Positions 25,434 to 36,960 of a stretch of 64,000 nt of DNA are shown here, piece after piece. The notes below the pieces were generated by a model. It saw only the letters and a list, made by a program, of their open reading frames with translations, made no database searches and was not told the DNA's origin. Made by a program: the position numbers and the translations under genes. The stretch lies in contig NW_026781985.1 in NCBI RefSeq assembly GCF_031769215.1, positions 62,001 through 126,000 of the forward strand. Reading direction: 5' to 3'. Position 1 is the stretch's first letter, and each line of letters opens with the position of its first letter. Source of the stretch: Ylistrum balloti. Lineage: Eukaryota.

Positions 25434-28349
25434 ATGGCATCAACTTTGATTTTGACCCCATGCCGCAGCCTTGACTTCGACGACGAAGAGGTCAAATCTT
25501 TGATGACCCCGGAAGTAAAGAAGGATCTCCGTCATCTGTTCGATGATGATGATTCTGGGCTAGGAATAGATGATCACTTGGTAAGTAAATTTTTTGAAAC
25601 ATAAATCGAATCTGGTTACATTCACTAATCTTGATCCAGTCATGCAGAATAGACTCATATTCATACATAATTATAAAATTTCCAATCTAAACATGAATTT
25701 ATGATCTCCATGAAAACTCTTTTACATTTCTTAATTTCAATACTGCCGTAGGTCAATTGTTTTTACTTCTTATCAGTTTTATTTCTTTTCGAATCGGAAA
25801 AATATTGTTTGAGAATATTAAGTACAGATTTTCTCTCTGATGATATTAAGCATAAATTTTCTCCATGGTGATATTAAGCGTAAATTTTTCTATGATGATA
25901 TCAAGCGTAAATTTTCTATGATGATATTAGCATAATTTTTCTCTATTATGGTTAAAAATGACTTGTACATTTGAGCGATAATTCATATCAAAATGAAGTA
26001 AAACCACAAATATATAACGGTGACTGATTTTTTTTTCAGGCAGAGAGTCCATCAGCTGACTTCAAGGTGTCCACACGGTTAGATTTCAGCAACGTGTTCG
26101 CTACCCCAGGAAAACATATTGTAAGTGTAAAACACTAAAGCCTTTAAAATGTGAATTCAATGGATGAATTAATTGTTACATACATACCAACTTCGGTCCG
26201 TCCGACGCTTCTATTTCACACAACCAAGCGTTTATTTACAATACAACTTAATAATTTACTATTTTGTACTATTTTCAGATTAAAAGAAACGACACCGAAA
26301 TCAAGCGTTCCCTCTTCTCAGGCAAGCGTTTCCGTGATGAAGCTGACGATTTCCTAACTCCCTCACCAAAAGCACAAAAGAAGAATGATGGGGTTTTCAG
26401 CAGGACGATGTCTTGTGGGGTAAGCATATATTAGTTCGGGAAGTATAGATACTAACGAAACGTTTTGGTTTTAAATAACACTCTTTGTTGGTAAAGATAC
26501 GAAGTGGGAATTTACAAAAAAGGGGACAGGACAAGAAAAAGAAAGCCAAACCTTAACCACCAGATTTTCACCATGTTTAAAATAACCGCTGACTGATAAC
26601 TTTCTCAGTGGGATGATTAATTATGACCCAAATTTTCGTATCACAAATTTACTGATCTGTGATACGCATGTATCGTAAGACAATTCTACAATCATTTTTT
26701 ATTGTCTTTTCAACAGGAAAGACCGATATTGAGATCACGTGACCTTAAGGCTGCTGTTAACCGACTGGTGGAGGAGGACTTGGTGGGGGATGCGACAGAA
26801 ACGTTTTGTCTTCCGACTATCCGGGGCAAACATCAAGACCTTAAGTCTATCTCCGTAAACACGGTAAGGCAATGACGTCAACGATCATGTTCCGTAAAAT
26901 GTTTGTGCTTCTTTTCATACTCAGTTACATGTACTTATTAATCGATTGATTTACTCATTTAATTACTCGCCTTTTCGTTCGTTTATTTCTTTATTAATAT
27001 CTATTTTTGTTTACTTGTTTACACAGATGACTGACCTTTTAACCGAAAGATATGATGACGTCATCAATAACTACAGAATCATCGACTGCCGATACCCATA
27101 CGAGTATGAAGGAGGCCATATCAAGGTTTGTACCATTACATGAAGTGAATTTATCAGCTTGTGAATCAGAATATAAACTATACCAGCACCTATGATGTTG
27201 GTGAATGGCGAGATCAAAATAACTACCAGCTTTGAAATACTGGGATTATTGATAGGTCATAATTTGGTGTAAATTGCAAAATTTTCGTAACTGAATCAAA
27301 ATCAAAATATTAAAACAGGACAAAAATGTTGAGTTTTGATTGAAATTATTGATGTTATCAGATTTTTGCTGAAAATTTTCAGGACGCGGAGAACAGATAT
27401 ACACGTGATCAGATTCAACAGCTGCTTCATGAGACACCGACTCGTGACGTCACCGGAAAGAGAAACATTCTCATTTTCCACTGTGAATTCTCCTCCGAGA
27501 GGGGACCCAAAATGTAAGTTTCTCGTCTGCTTAAGTTAGGGTACCTATAATTACCATTCGACATATGATCGACTTCATTATTTAGTTTATGAATACACAT
27601 CGTTGAAAATGTGTAAATTATCAATTATGTTATCATTTTCCCCTTCAATAATAATATGTAATTATTCTATTTATATAATCATAATTGTTTTTTTATTTAC
27701 GTGTTCACATATTTCGTTTTAATCTCATTAACTTTACATAATGTGTTTGATTTTTCTCTTCGATTTCTGTTTTTATGTTTTCATTATTTTCTTTTCCCTA
27801 AAGGATGCGTTTCCTTAGATCTCAGGACCGTACTCAGAATGAGGCTAACTATCCGTCCTTGACCTTCCCCGAGGTGTACCTCCTGGACGGCGGCTACAAG
27901 GCATTCTATCACACAGAAAAGGTAGTGTATGCTTGTTTTATTTAAATTCAATGCTGCCATAGAAATATTAATGCAACTTCATGAAATATAATCATTTTTC
28001 AAACGATATCTTTTAATTTGACAATATGTACTTTTACTTTAGTTTAAGATATAAAAATAGGCTTTTCAAGATTATATGTAAACCACAAAAATTAGAAGAC
28101 ATCGTAGACAAAGAAATACTCTCAAAAATGTTAACATAAAGATGGTTGTATATTTTTTCTTAAATCCTAGAAGTATTGACATTGTAATTAAACGTTAACT
28201 TTTTCTCCTCACAGACACTGTGCCATCCCCAGGAATACAAACCAATGCTGCATCCTGGCCATTCTGAAGATTTACGTCACTTCCGAACTCGATCAAAATC
28301 CTGGTCGGCGGGGAACAAGAAGAGAACACTTTCCCGGCGTCGCCAATGA
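25434..28349 (+). CDS. cdc25: Cdc25 (M-phase inducer/string-like) dual-specificity phosphatase, copy A, 332 aa. Coding exons: 25434-25580, 26040-26120, 26279-26419, 26717-26863, 27027-27125, 27383-27513, 27804-27921, 28215-28349. A non-coding exon ends at 25160.
   Basis: All introns are GT-AG with consistent phases (0,0,0,0,0,2,0) and give one open frame. Canonical Cdc25 motifs are present: [35 protein letters not shown], catalytic [10 protein letters not shown] (HCX5R), [19 protein letters not shown] and C-terminal RSKSW. Confidence 0.97.
25825..25945. repeat. ~27-bp tandem repeat (x4) in a cdc25 intron, mirrored at ~33720-33840
   Basis: gatgatattaagc(a/g)taaattttct repeated. Confidence 0.75.
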
Positions 28350-28675
28350 ACCGCTCTAAAGAAATAGACAGCATCGTGCAACAATCTGGATACTTCTTTA
28401 AAATTAGATGACATCGGCGTTATTCCAGAAATTACGAATTGTGGTGTAAATTTCTGAGACTTTTAAACTCGTGATGCAATTGACAACATGTCTGGGTTTG
28501 AAGGATGTTTTAACACTTACATAAGTGGGCTTTCGTATATCATGAAGTGCTACATTAACGTTACGTTGTGAGTCCCTAGCGATTATAAGAAAAATGTTGG
28601 ACAATTTCAACTATACAAAGTGCTGTGGTGATTCCGAAGTGCTATTTTTGTTTTTTCGTTTGTTAACTCATTTCT

Positions 28676-28681
28676 AATAAA
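28676..28681 (+). terminator. Polyadenylation signal AATAAA of cdc25 copy A
   Basis: AATAAA ~330 nt after the stop codon, followed by a U/GU-rich tract. Confidence 0.65.
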
Positions 28682-28952
28682 AGATTGATGGACATTTCTT
28701 AATCTGTGTAATTTTTATTTTCAGGAACAATTAACACAAGGAGATTGATTTTCGTCATGTAATTGGCATTCGGGCAAACATTATTTTCTCTTAAAATATA
28801 ATTTGAAAACTTAGCCAAACATTATGATAACACGCTGTATACATAAAAGCAAAAACTGAGCTCAATGTTATCAAAAACATGAGACGCAAATTAGCGTTTC
28901 AGGTGCTTGAGTGATGAATTGATGTGTCGTTTATCTCTCGCTAAACTTAATT

Positions 28953-30918
28953 ACTCCATAGGAGAGTCCATGAACCTGTTACAGTCCCCTGAGGTGGTGA
29001 TACACTATAGGGAAGTCCATGAACCTTTTACAGTCCCATGTGGTGGTGATACACTATAGGGGAGTCCATAAACCTGTTACGATCCCCTGTGGTGGTGATA
29101 CACTATCGGGAAGTCCTTAAACCTATTAAAGTCCCCTGTGGTGGTGATACACTAAATGGAAGTCCTTAAACCTATTAAAGTCCCCTGTGGTGGTGATACA
29201 CTATAGGGGAGTCCATGAACCTGTTACAGTCCCCTGTGGTGGTGATAAACTATACGGAAGCCCATGAACTTGTTTTAGTCCCCTGTAGTGGTGATAAACT
29301 ATAGAGAAGTCCATGAACCTTTTAAAGTCCCCTGTGGTGATACATTACAGGGGAGTCCATGAACCTTTTACTGTCCCCTGTGGTGGTGATACACTATAGG
29401 GAAGTCCATGAACCTGTTACAGTCCCCTGAGGTGGTGATACACTATAGAGAAGTCCATGAACCTGTTACAGTCCCCTGTGGTGATACACTATAGGGAAGT
29501 TCATTAACCTGTTAAAATCCCCTGTGGTGGTGATACACTATAGGGGAATCAGTGAAGCTCTTACAGTCCCATGTGGTGGTGATACACTATAGGGAAGTCC
29601 ATGAACCTGTTACAATCCCCTGTGGTGGTGATACACTATAGGGAAGTCCATGAACCTGTTACAAGCCTCTGTGGTGGTGATACACTAGAGGGGAGTCCAT
29701 TAACCTCTTACACTCCCCTGTGGTGGTGATACACTATAGGGGAGTCAGTGAAACCTGTTACAATCCCCTGTGGTGGTGATACACTATAGGGGAGTCAGTG
29801 AAACCTGTTACAATCCTCTGTGGTGGTGATACACTAGAGGGGAGTCCATTAACCTCTTACACTCCCCTGTGGTGGTGATACACTATAGGAGAGTCAGTGA
29901 AACCTGTTACAATCCCCTGTGGTGGTGATACACTATAGGGGAATCAGTGAACCTCTTACAATGCCCTGTGGTGGTGATACACTATAGGGAAGTCCATGAA
30001 CCTGTTACAGTCCCCTGTGGTGGTGATACACTATAGAGAAGTCCATGAACCTGTTACAGTCCCCTGTGGTGGTGATTCACTCTTGGGGAGTAAACTAACC
30101 TGTTACAATCCCTTGTGTTGGTGATACACTATAGGGGAGTCCATTAACCACTTACACTCCCCTGTGGTGGTGATACACTATAGAGAAGTCCATGAACCTG
30201 TTACAGACCTCTGTGGTGATGGTACACCAGAGGGGAGTCAGTGAACCTGTTACAATCCCCTGTGGTGGTGATACACTATAGAGAAGTCCATGAACCTGTT
30301 ACAGACCCCTGTGATGATGGTACACCAGAGGGGAGTCAGTGCCCTGTGGTGGTGATACACTATAGGGAAGCCCATGAACCTGTTACAGTCCCCTGTGGTG
30401 GTGATACACTATAGAGAAGTCCATGAACCTGTTACAGTCCCCTGTGGTGAAGATACACTATAAGGGAGTCAGTGAACCTATTACAGTCCCCTGTGGTGGT
30501 GATTCACTCTTGGGGAGTAAACTAACCTGTTACAATCCCTTGTGTTGGTGATACACTATAGGGGAGTCCATTAACCACTTACACTCCCCTGTGGTGGTGA
30601 TACACTACAGGGAAGTCCATGAACCTGTTACAATCCCCTGTGTTGGTGATACACTATAGGGGAGTCCATTAACCACTTACACTCCCCTGTGGTGGTGATA
30701 CACTATAGAGAAGTCCATGAACCTGTTACAGACCTCTGTGGTGATGGTACACCAGAGGGGAGTCAGTGAACCTGTTACAATCCCCTGTGGTGGTGATACA
30801 CTATAGGGAAGTCCATGAACCTGTTACAGTCCCCTGTTGTGGTGATTCACTCTTTGGGAGTAAACTAACCCATTAAAGTCCTCTGTTGTAGTAATATACT
30901 ATTGGGGAGTCAGTGAAC
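28953..30918. repeat. 49-bp minisatellite (~40 units) in the palindrome spacer; consensus gtccatgaacctgttacagtcccctgtggtggtgatacactatagggaa
   Basis: Period of 49 read directly (acagtccc at 28981 and 29030); units continue with point variants and small deletions to ~30918. Confidence 0.95.
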
Positions 30919-30979
30919 CTCCTTGTGTTAATTGTTCCTGGAAATAAAACTACACAGAATAAGAAATGTCCATCAATCT

Positions 30980-30985
30980 TTTATT
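30980..30985 (-). terminator. Polyadenylation signal AATAAA of cdc25 copy B
   Basis: Mirror position of the copy A signal (TTTATT on the + strand). Confidence 0.65.
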
Positions 30986-31315
30986 AGAAATGAGTTAACA
31001 AACGAAAAAACAAAAATAGCACTTCGGAATCACCACAGCACTTTCTATAGTTGAAATTGTCCAGCATTTTTCTTATAATCGCTAGGGACTCACAACGTAA
31101 CGTTAATGTAGCACTTCATGATATACGAAAGCCCACTTACTTATGTAAGTGTTAAAACATCCTTCAAACCCAGACATGTTGTCAATTGCATCACGAGTTT
31201 AAAAGTCTCAGAAATTTACACCACAATTCGTAATTTCTGGAATAACGCCGATGTCATCTAATTTTAAAGAAGTATCCAGATTGTTGCACGATGCTGTCTA
31301 TTTCTTTAGAGCGGT

Positions 31316-34230
31316 TCATTGGCGACGCCGGGAAAGTGTTCTCTTCTTGTTCCCCGCCGACCAGGATTTTGATCGAGTTCGGAAGTGACGTAAATCTTCA
31401 GAATGGCCAGGATGCAGCATTGGTTTGTATTCCTGGGGATGGCACAGTGTCTGTCAGGAGAAAAAGTTAACGTTTAATTACAATGTCAATACTTCTAGGA
31501 TTTAAGAAAAAATATACAACCATCTTTATGTTAACATTTTTGAGAGTATTTCTTTGTCTACGATGTCTTCTAATTTTTGTGGTTTACATATAATCTTGAA
31601 AAGCCTATTTTTATATCTTAAACTAAAGTAAAAGTACATATTGTCAAATTAAAAGATATCGTTTGAAAAATGATTATATTTCATGAAGTTGCATTAATAT
31701 TTCTATGGCAGCATTGAATTTAAATAAAACAAGCATACACTACCTTTTCTGTGTGATAGAATGCCTTGTAGCCGCCGTCCAGGAGGTACACCTCGGGGAA
31801 GGTCAAGGACGGATAGTTAGCCTCATTCTGAGTACGGTCCTGAGATCTAAGGAAACGCATCCTTTAGGGAAAAGAAAATAATGAAAACATAAAAACAGAA
31901 ATCGAAGAGAAAAATCAAACACATTATGTAAAGTTAATGAGATTAAAACGAAATATGTGAACACGTAAATAAAAAAACAATTATGATTATATAAATAGAA
32001 TAATTACATATTATTATTGAAGGGGAAAATGATAACATAATTGATAATTTACACATTTTCAACTATGTGTATTCATAAACTAAATAATGAAGTCGATCAT
32101 ATGTCGAATGGTAATTATAGGTACCCTAACTTAAGCAGACGAGAAACTTACATTTTGGGTCCCCTCTCGGAGGAGAATTCACAGTGGAAAATGAGAATGT
32201 TTCTCTTTCCGGTGACGTCACGAGTCGGTGTCTCGTGAAGCAGCTGTTGAATCTGATCACGTGTATATCTGTTCTCCGCGTCCTGAAAATTTTCAGCAAA
32301 AATCTGATAACATCAATAATTTCAATCAAAACTCAACATTTTTGTCCTGTTTTAATATTTTGATTTTGATTCAGTTACGAAAATTTTGCAATTTACACCA
32401 AATTATGACCTATCAATAATCCCAGTATTTCAAAGCTGGTAGTTATTTTGATCTCGCCATTCACCAACATCATAGGTGCTGGTATAGTTTATATTCTGAT
32501 TCACAAGCTGATAAATTCACTTCATGTAATGGTACAAACCTTGATATGGCCTCCTTCATACTCGTATGGGTATCGGCAGTCGATGATTCTGTAGTTATTG
32601 ATGACGTCATCATATCTTTCGGTTAAAAGGTCAGTCATCTGTGTAAACAAGTAAACAAAAATAGATATTAATAAAGAAATAAACGAACGAAAAGGCGAGT
32701 AATTAAATGAGTAAATCAATCGATTAATAAGTACATGTAACTGAGTATGAAAAGAAGCACAAACATTTTACGGAACATGATCGTTGACGTCATTGCCTTA
32801 CCGTGTTTACGGAGATAGACTTAAGGTCTTGATGTTTGCCCCGGATAGTCGGAAGACAAAACGTTTCTGTCGCATCCCCCACCAAGTCCTCCTCCACCAG
32901 TCGGTTAACAGCAGCCTTAAGGTCACGTGATCTCAATATCGGTCTTTCCTGTTGAAAAGACAATAAAAAATGATTGTAGAATTGTCTTACGATACATGCG
33001 TATCACAGATCAGTAAATTTGTGATACGAAAATTTGGGTCATAATTAATCATCCCACTGAGAAAGTTATCAGTCAGCGGTTATTTTAAACATGGTGAAAA
33101 TCTGGTGGTTAAGGTTTGGCTTTCTTTTTCTTGTCCTGTCCCCTTTTTTGTAAATTCCCACTTCGTATCTTTACCAACAAAGAGTGTTATTTAAAACCAA
33201 AACGTTTCGTTAGTATCTATACTTCCCGAACTAATATATGCTTACCCCACAAGACATCGTCCTGCTGAAAACCCCATCATTCTTCTTTTGTGCTTTTGGT
33301 GAGGGAGTTAGGAAATCGTCAGCTTCATCACGGAAACGCTTGCCTGAGAAGAGGGAACGCTTGATTTCGGTGTCGTTTCTTTTAATCTGAAAATAGTACA
33401 AAATAGTAAATTATTAAGTTGTATTGTAAATAAACGCTTGGTTGTGTGAAATAGAAGCGTCGGACGGACCGAAGTTGGTATGTATGTAACAATTAATTCA
33501 TCCATTGAATTCACATTTTAAAGGCTTTAGTGTTTTACACTTACAATATGTTTTCCTGGGGTAGCGAACACGTTGCTGAAATCTAACCGTGTGGACACCT
33601 TGAAGTCAGCTGATGGACTCTCTGCCTGAAAAAAAAATCAGTCACCGTTATATATTTGTGGTTTTACTTCATTTTGATATGAATTATCGCTCAAATGTAC
33701 AAGTCATTTTTAACCATAATAGAGAAAAATTATGCTAATATCATCATAGAAAATTTACGCTTGATATCATCATAGAAAAATTTACGCTTAATATCACCAT
33801 GGAGAAAATTTATGCTTAATATCATCAGAGAGAAAATCTGTACTTAATATTCTCAAACAATATTTTTCCGATTCGAAAAGAAATAAAACTGATAAGAAGT
33901 AAAAACAATTGACCTACGGCAGTATTGAAATTAAGAAATGTAAAGAGTTTTCATGGAGATCATAAATTTATGTTTAGATTGGAAATTTTATAATTATGTA
34001 TGAATATGAGTCTATTCTGCATGACTGGATCAAGATTAGTGAATGTAACCAGATTCGATTTATGTTTCAAAAAATTTACTTACCAAGTGATCATCTATTC
34101 CTAGCCCAGAATCATCATCATCGAACAGATGACGGAGATCCTTCTTTACTTCCGGGGTAATCAAAGATTTGACCTCTTCGTCGTCGAAGTCAAGGCTGCG
34201 GCATGGGGTCAAAATCAAAGTTGATGCCAT
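31316..34230 (-). CDS. cdc25: Cdc25 phosphatase, copy B (inverted duplicate), 332 aa. Coding exons on the minus strand: 34230-34084, 33625-33545, 33386-33246, 32948-32802, 32638-32540, 32282-32152, 31861-31744, 31450-31316.
   Basis: Reverse complement of copy A with all splice sites intact. The only coding differences seen are M24I (ATG>ATT) and one synonymous His codon (CAT>CAC) in the catalytic-site exon. Confidence 0.96.
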
Positions 34231-34614
34231 CACCTGAGAATTAAGGCAAGAGGACAACTGTTCAATGTGACGTCACACATTCTGACATATCAATTAACAA
34301 GATCGACTAAAGTGTAATAAGCTCGTTTTATATGATAAACAATATAAAATATAAACGATGAATTTATTATACATTATCGTACTAGTCGATATGAGACGAA
34401 TAATGATTTTTTTTCTCCTTTAACAGATTCATCAAACATTTTTTTACCAATTATTTTGATCGCATTAAAATATCTTAAATGTCTTACACAAAAATGAACT
34501 TACGATTTACAGCAGATGTACAGATTTGATGAAGGCGAAGGTTGTTGGAGAACAAGTCAGGATTTCGATGAGAGCTAATGATTGTATATAACGATGATGT
34601 AGAGGACAATGTTG

Positions 34615-34860
34615 ATGAGAATTGTACTTATACGCCACAGGGAAATCGACATCTACTCCGCGCCCGTCGACTCGCTCAAGGTGTCTGCTCTCCTCGCGTG
34701 AGACACATCCAATCAGTCCCGGGGGCCAGGGGGATAGGTACTCTGCTCATCTTGTCTTTAACGTGTAAACAATGTCCTATTGTGTCACGTGATCGACTGA
34801 AAAGTTCAACAGACCTTGATTACTTTTATAAACATTCATCCATGACTTCAAAGGTAAACA
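34615..34860 (-). promoter_or_regulatory. Putative promoter of cdc25 copy B
   Basis: Mirror of the copy A promoter, with an 8-bp deletion and several substitutions. Confidence 0.55.
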
Positions 34861-36469
34861 ACGAGCTGTACCAGTTGTTGTTTATCTTAACGAGGCAGAT
34901 GTATACACAAGTTAAATACAGAAACGTTTGATTTAATTCAACATTAAAACATATATTCTGAAATATATTAAAGTAATAAAAATGGTACTGACCATATGGT
35001 GTCATTTAATATACATAATTACAAATATAATGTATAAGAAAGAAAGAAATTTAAAAACAGAAGAAAAAAATTCTTTTCATGTATCTTATTATATATCAAA
35101 TATTATTTGAAAGTGAATTTAAAGATAATCCTACTTGTAAAGGAAAAAATACTAGATCAATGAACACAAGTCCTTTTGATAATCATACAAATTAGATAGA
35201 TTTGTCACAATATTTGTCAGTAAAAACACGAAACAAAAACCGTCATTACTGCTGTTATTTGATTTGATGGCGTCATTTGATATCATCTTTCTATGTTGAC
35301 ACGTAACAGAGAATATACGGTCGGTACAACATCCTCGCGATCAAGAAATTAACGAGATGATAGGTAATCAATATTGGTGATCGATGATCTATCAACTTGT
35401 TAAAATCGATAACGAATTTCTACGGTGTTAATTGTTAATCCGATTCAATGAATCAGTTAGGGTCGCGCGCTACCTGTGATAACTCTATGACAGACTGACA
35501 ATAGCGTTGATTACAGCTGGTGAGTGAGCGGTGGTCATCAGACGTTATCCTGATTGTCTTATTTAACTGGGTAAATACAGTTCACGTTTTTTTAGCCATA
35601 AATACACCAGGAGCAGTAATTTCCTGTTGATTCTATTTACATAAAAATGACTAATAATTTTTTTTTTTAAAAATCGATTTGGGTATTATACATATTTTAC
35701 GTCCGATATAATTTACATTATTGATATGCCTACTCATATTTTCATACTATCAAATTCTGTAAATTTAACTACAATATAAACACAATAAGCCTTCTTTGTG
35801 CCTCTTTTGTTCCCTTTCCACGACACAAACGCTAAAACGCCAGGTGGTGCAACAAGCTATGGAGATTGTCAAATATGACGCCTGTTGTACTTCACTGGAA
35901 CTATCTGCAGTATTACGGTCAAGTGCCGAAAAACATTAGCCTTACTTTATTTTTAAAAATGTTTTCTTCAAAATCCAACTCGTCAATAGAACATTTGTAT
36001 TCGAATTTCTAAACTGAATATTTAATCATAAAAATGTTTGCTAGTTTTAGTTCAAAATAACGTTCACCTATATTACGTAGAAGTACCTGAAATTTAGAGT
36101 TCATTATTGAAGTTTGAAGAAAAAATACGTAATTTGTGTGTAGGGAGTGTTGCAAAGGAGCAAACTATCTAATTTCTAGTAAAACTTATGGGAAGAAAGC
36201 ACATTCCAACTTACTATCGATCAAATGAAAGAACCTGTTGTCAATATACATGTACTGTAATCGAGCTCTATATGGGACAAGTAATTTCTCTTTAATACCT
36301 GGCTTTGATAATATATACACTTTTATGCAATTTTCGTCCAGACTATGTTTTTTTTATTACTTCCACAGGAAGCTCTCAATCTTCACATTTCATTCACACT
36401 GTCAGATGTCCATTGATACAGATATAATTATACAAAGTGGCATGATAACTCAACAGGGGAGGTAACTGG

Positions 36470-36960
36470 GGTTTTGACTCTTTATAGTGTATCAATACCA
36501 ATCCAGCCATGTTCCAGGGCTGCTGAGAGCGAAAGTGATTGTATCCCCTGGAGTATCGAGGATGATAACTAATAATACAAAGAGTTAGATAAGTCTATAG
36601 TAGATTTAAGAAACTCATCCAGAATTACTTAATCCTTATTATTACTTGAACAAGAAATGGATTGGGTGCTTTCACTTTCCATAATTTTTCCATTCAAAAG
36701 GTCATCAAGTCTTCCATCTTCATGTGCAATTTCCGTGTCATAAATTTCGTTAGAGTTACCTCCCTTGTTTAGCATCTCATTCTGTCCCTTTTTATTACCG
36801 TCTATTTTCATTAGGAACATGCCACAATGTTTTTGGCTCTGACCTTGAGACATTCCTTAATTCTGTTTCTATTTTCTTTTGATGGATTTTATAAGATTTA
36901 TTTACAGTTTCCGTGTACACTATAATAACCTAATTTTAAAAGTAATTTTGTTATTGTGAT
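36470..36960 (-). mobile_element. Degenerate LINE ORF2 fragment (endonuclease-RT linker and start of RT)
   Basis: Broken frames read ..KKIETELRNVSRSEPKTLW.. and ..LLNGKIMESE..ISC..NNKD*VILDEFLKSTIDL.., resembling the LNxxITxxEI..KNNK..G.D.ILNE.LK pattern before RT domain 1; multiple stops. Confidence 0.6.

Larger units (their letters stand above)
23260..36355. repeat. Large inverted duplication (palindrome): left arm ~23260-28743, right arm ~30919-36355, spacer 28744-30918
   Basis: Mirror-image ORFs whose coordinates sum to 59664-59665. The inner junction caggaacaattaacacaaggag (28722-28743) matches its reverse complement at 30919-30940. Outer homology fades near 23260/36355. Confidence 0.95.

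Noticed and set aside
28953-30918. Resemblance of ggtgatacactatag to the SP6 phage promoter (vector contamination)
   Set aside because: The match is imperfect, repeated ~40 times with natural-looking divergence, and has no other vector sequence nearby.
23260-36355. Palindrome as a giant transposon with terminal inverted repeats
   Set aside because: The arms consist of a host gene. There is no transposase, no sharp termini and no target-site duplication, and homology fades gradually outward.
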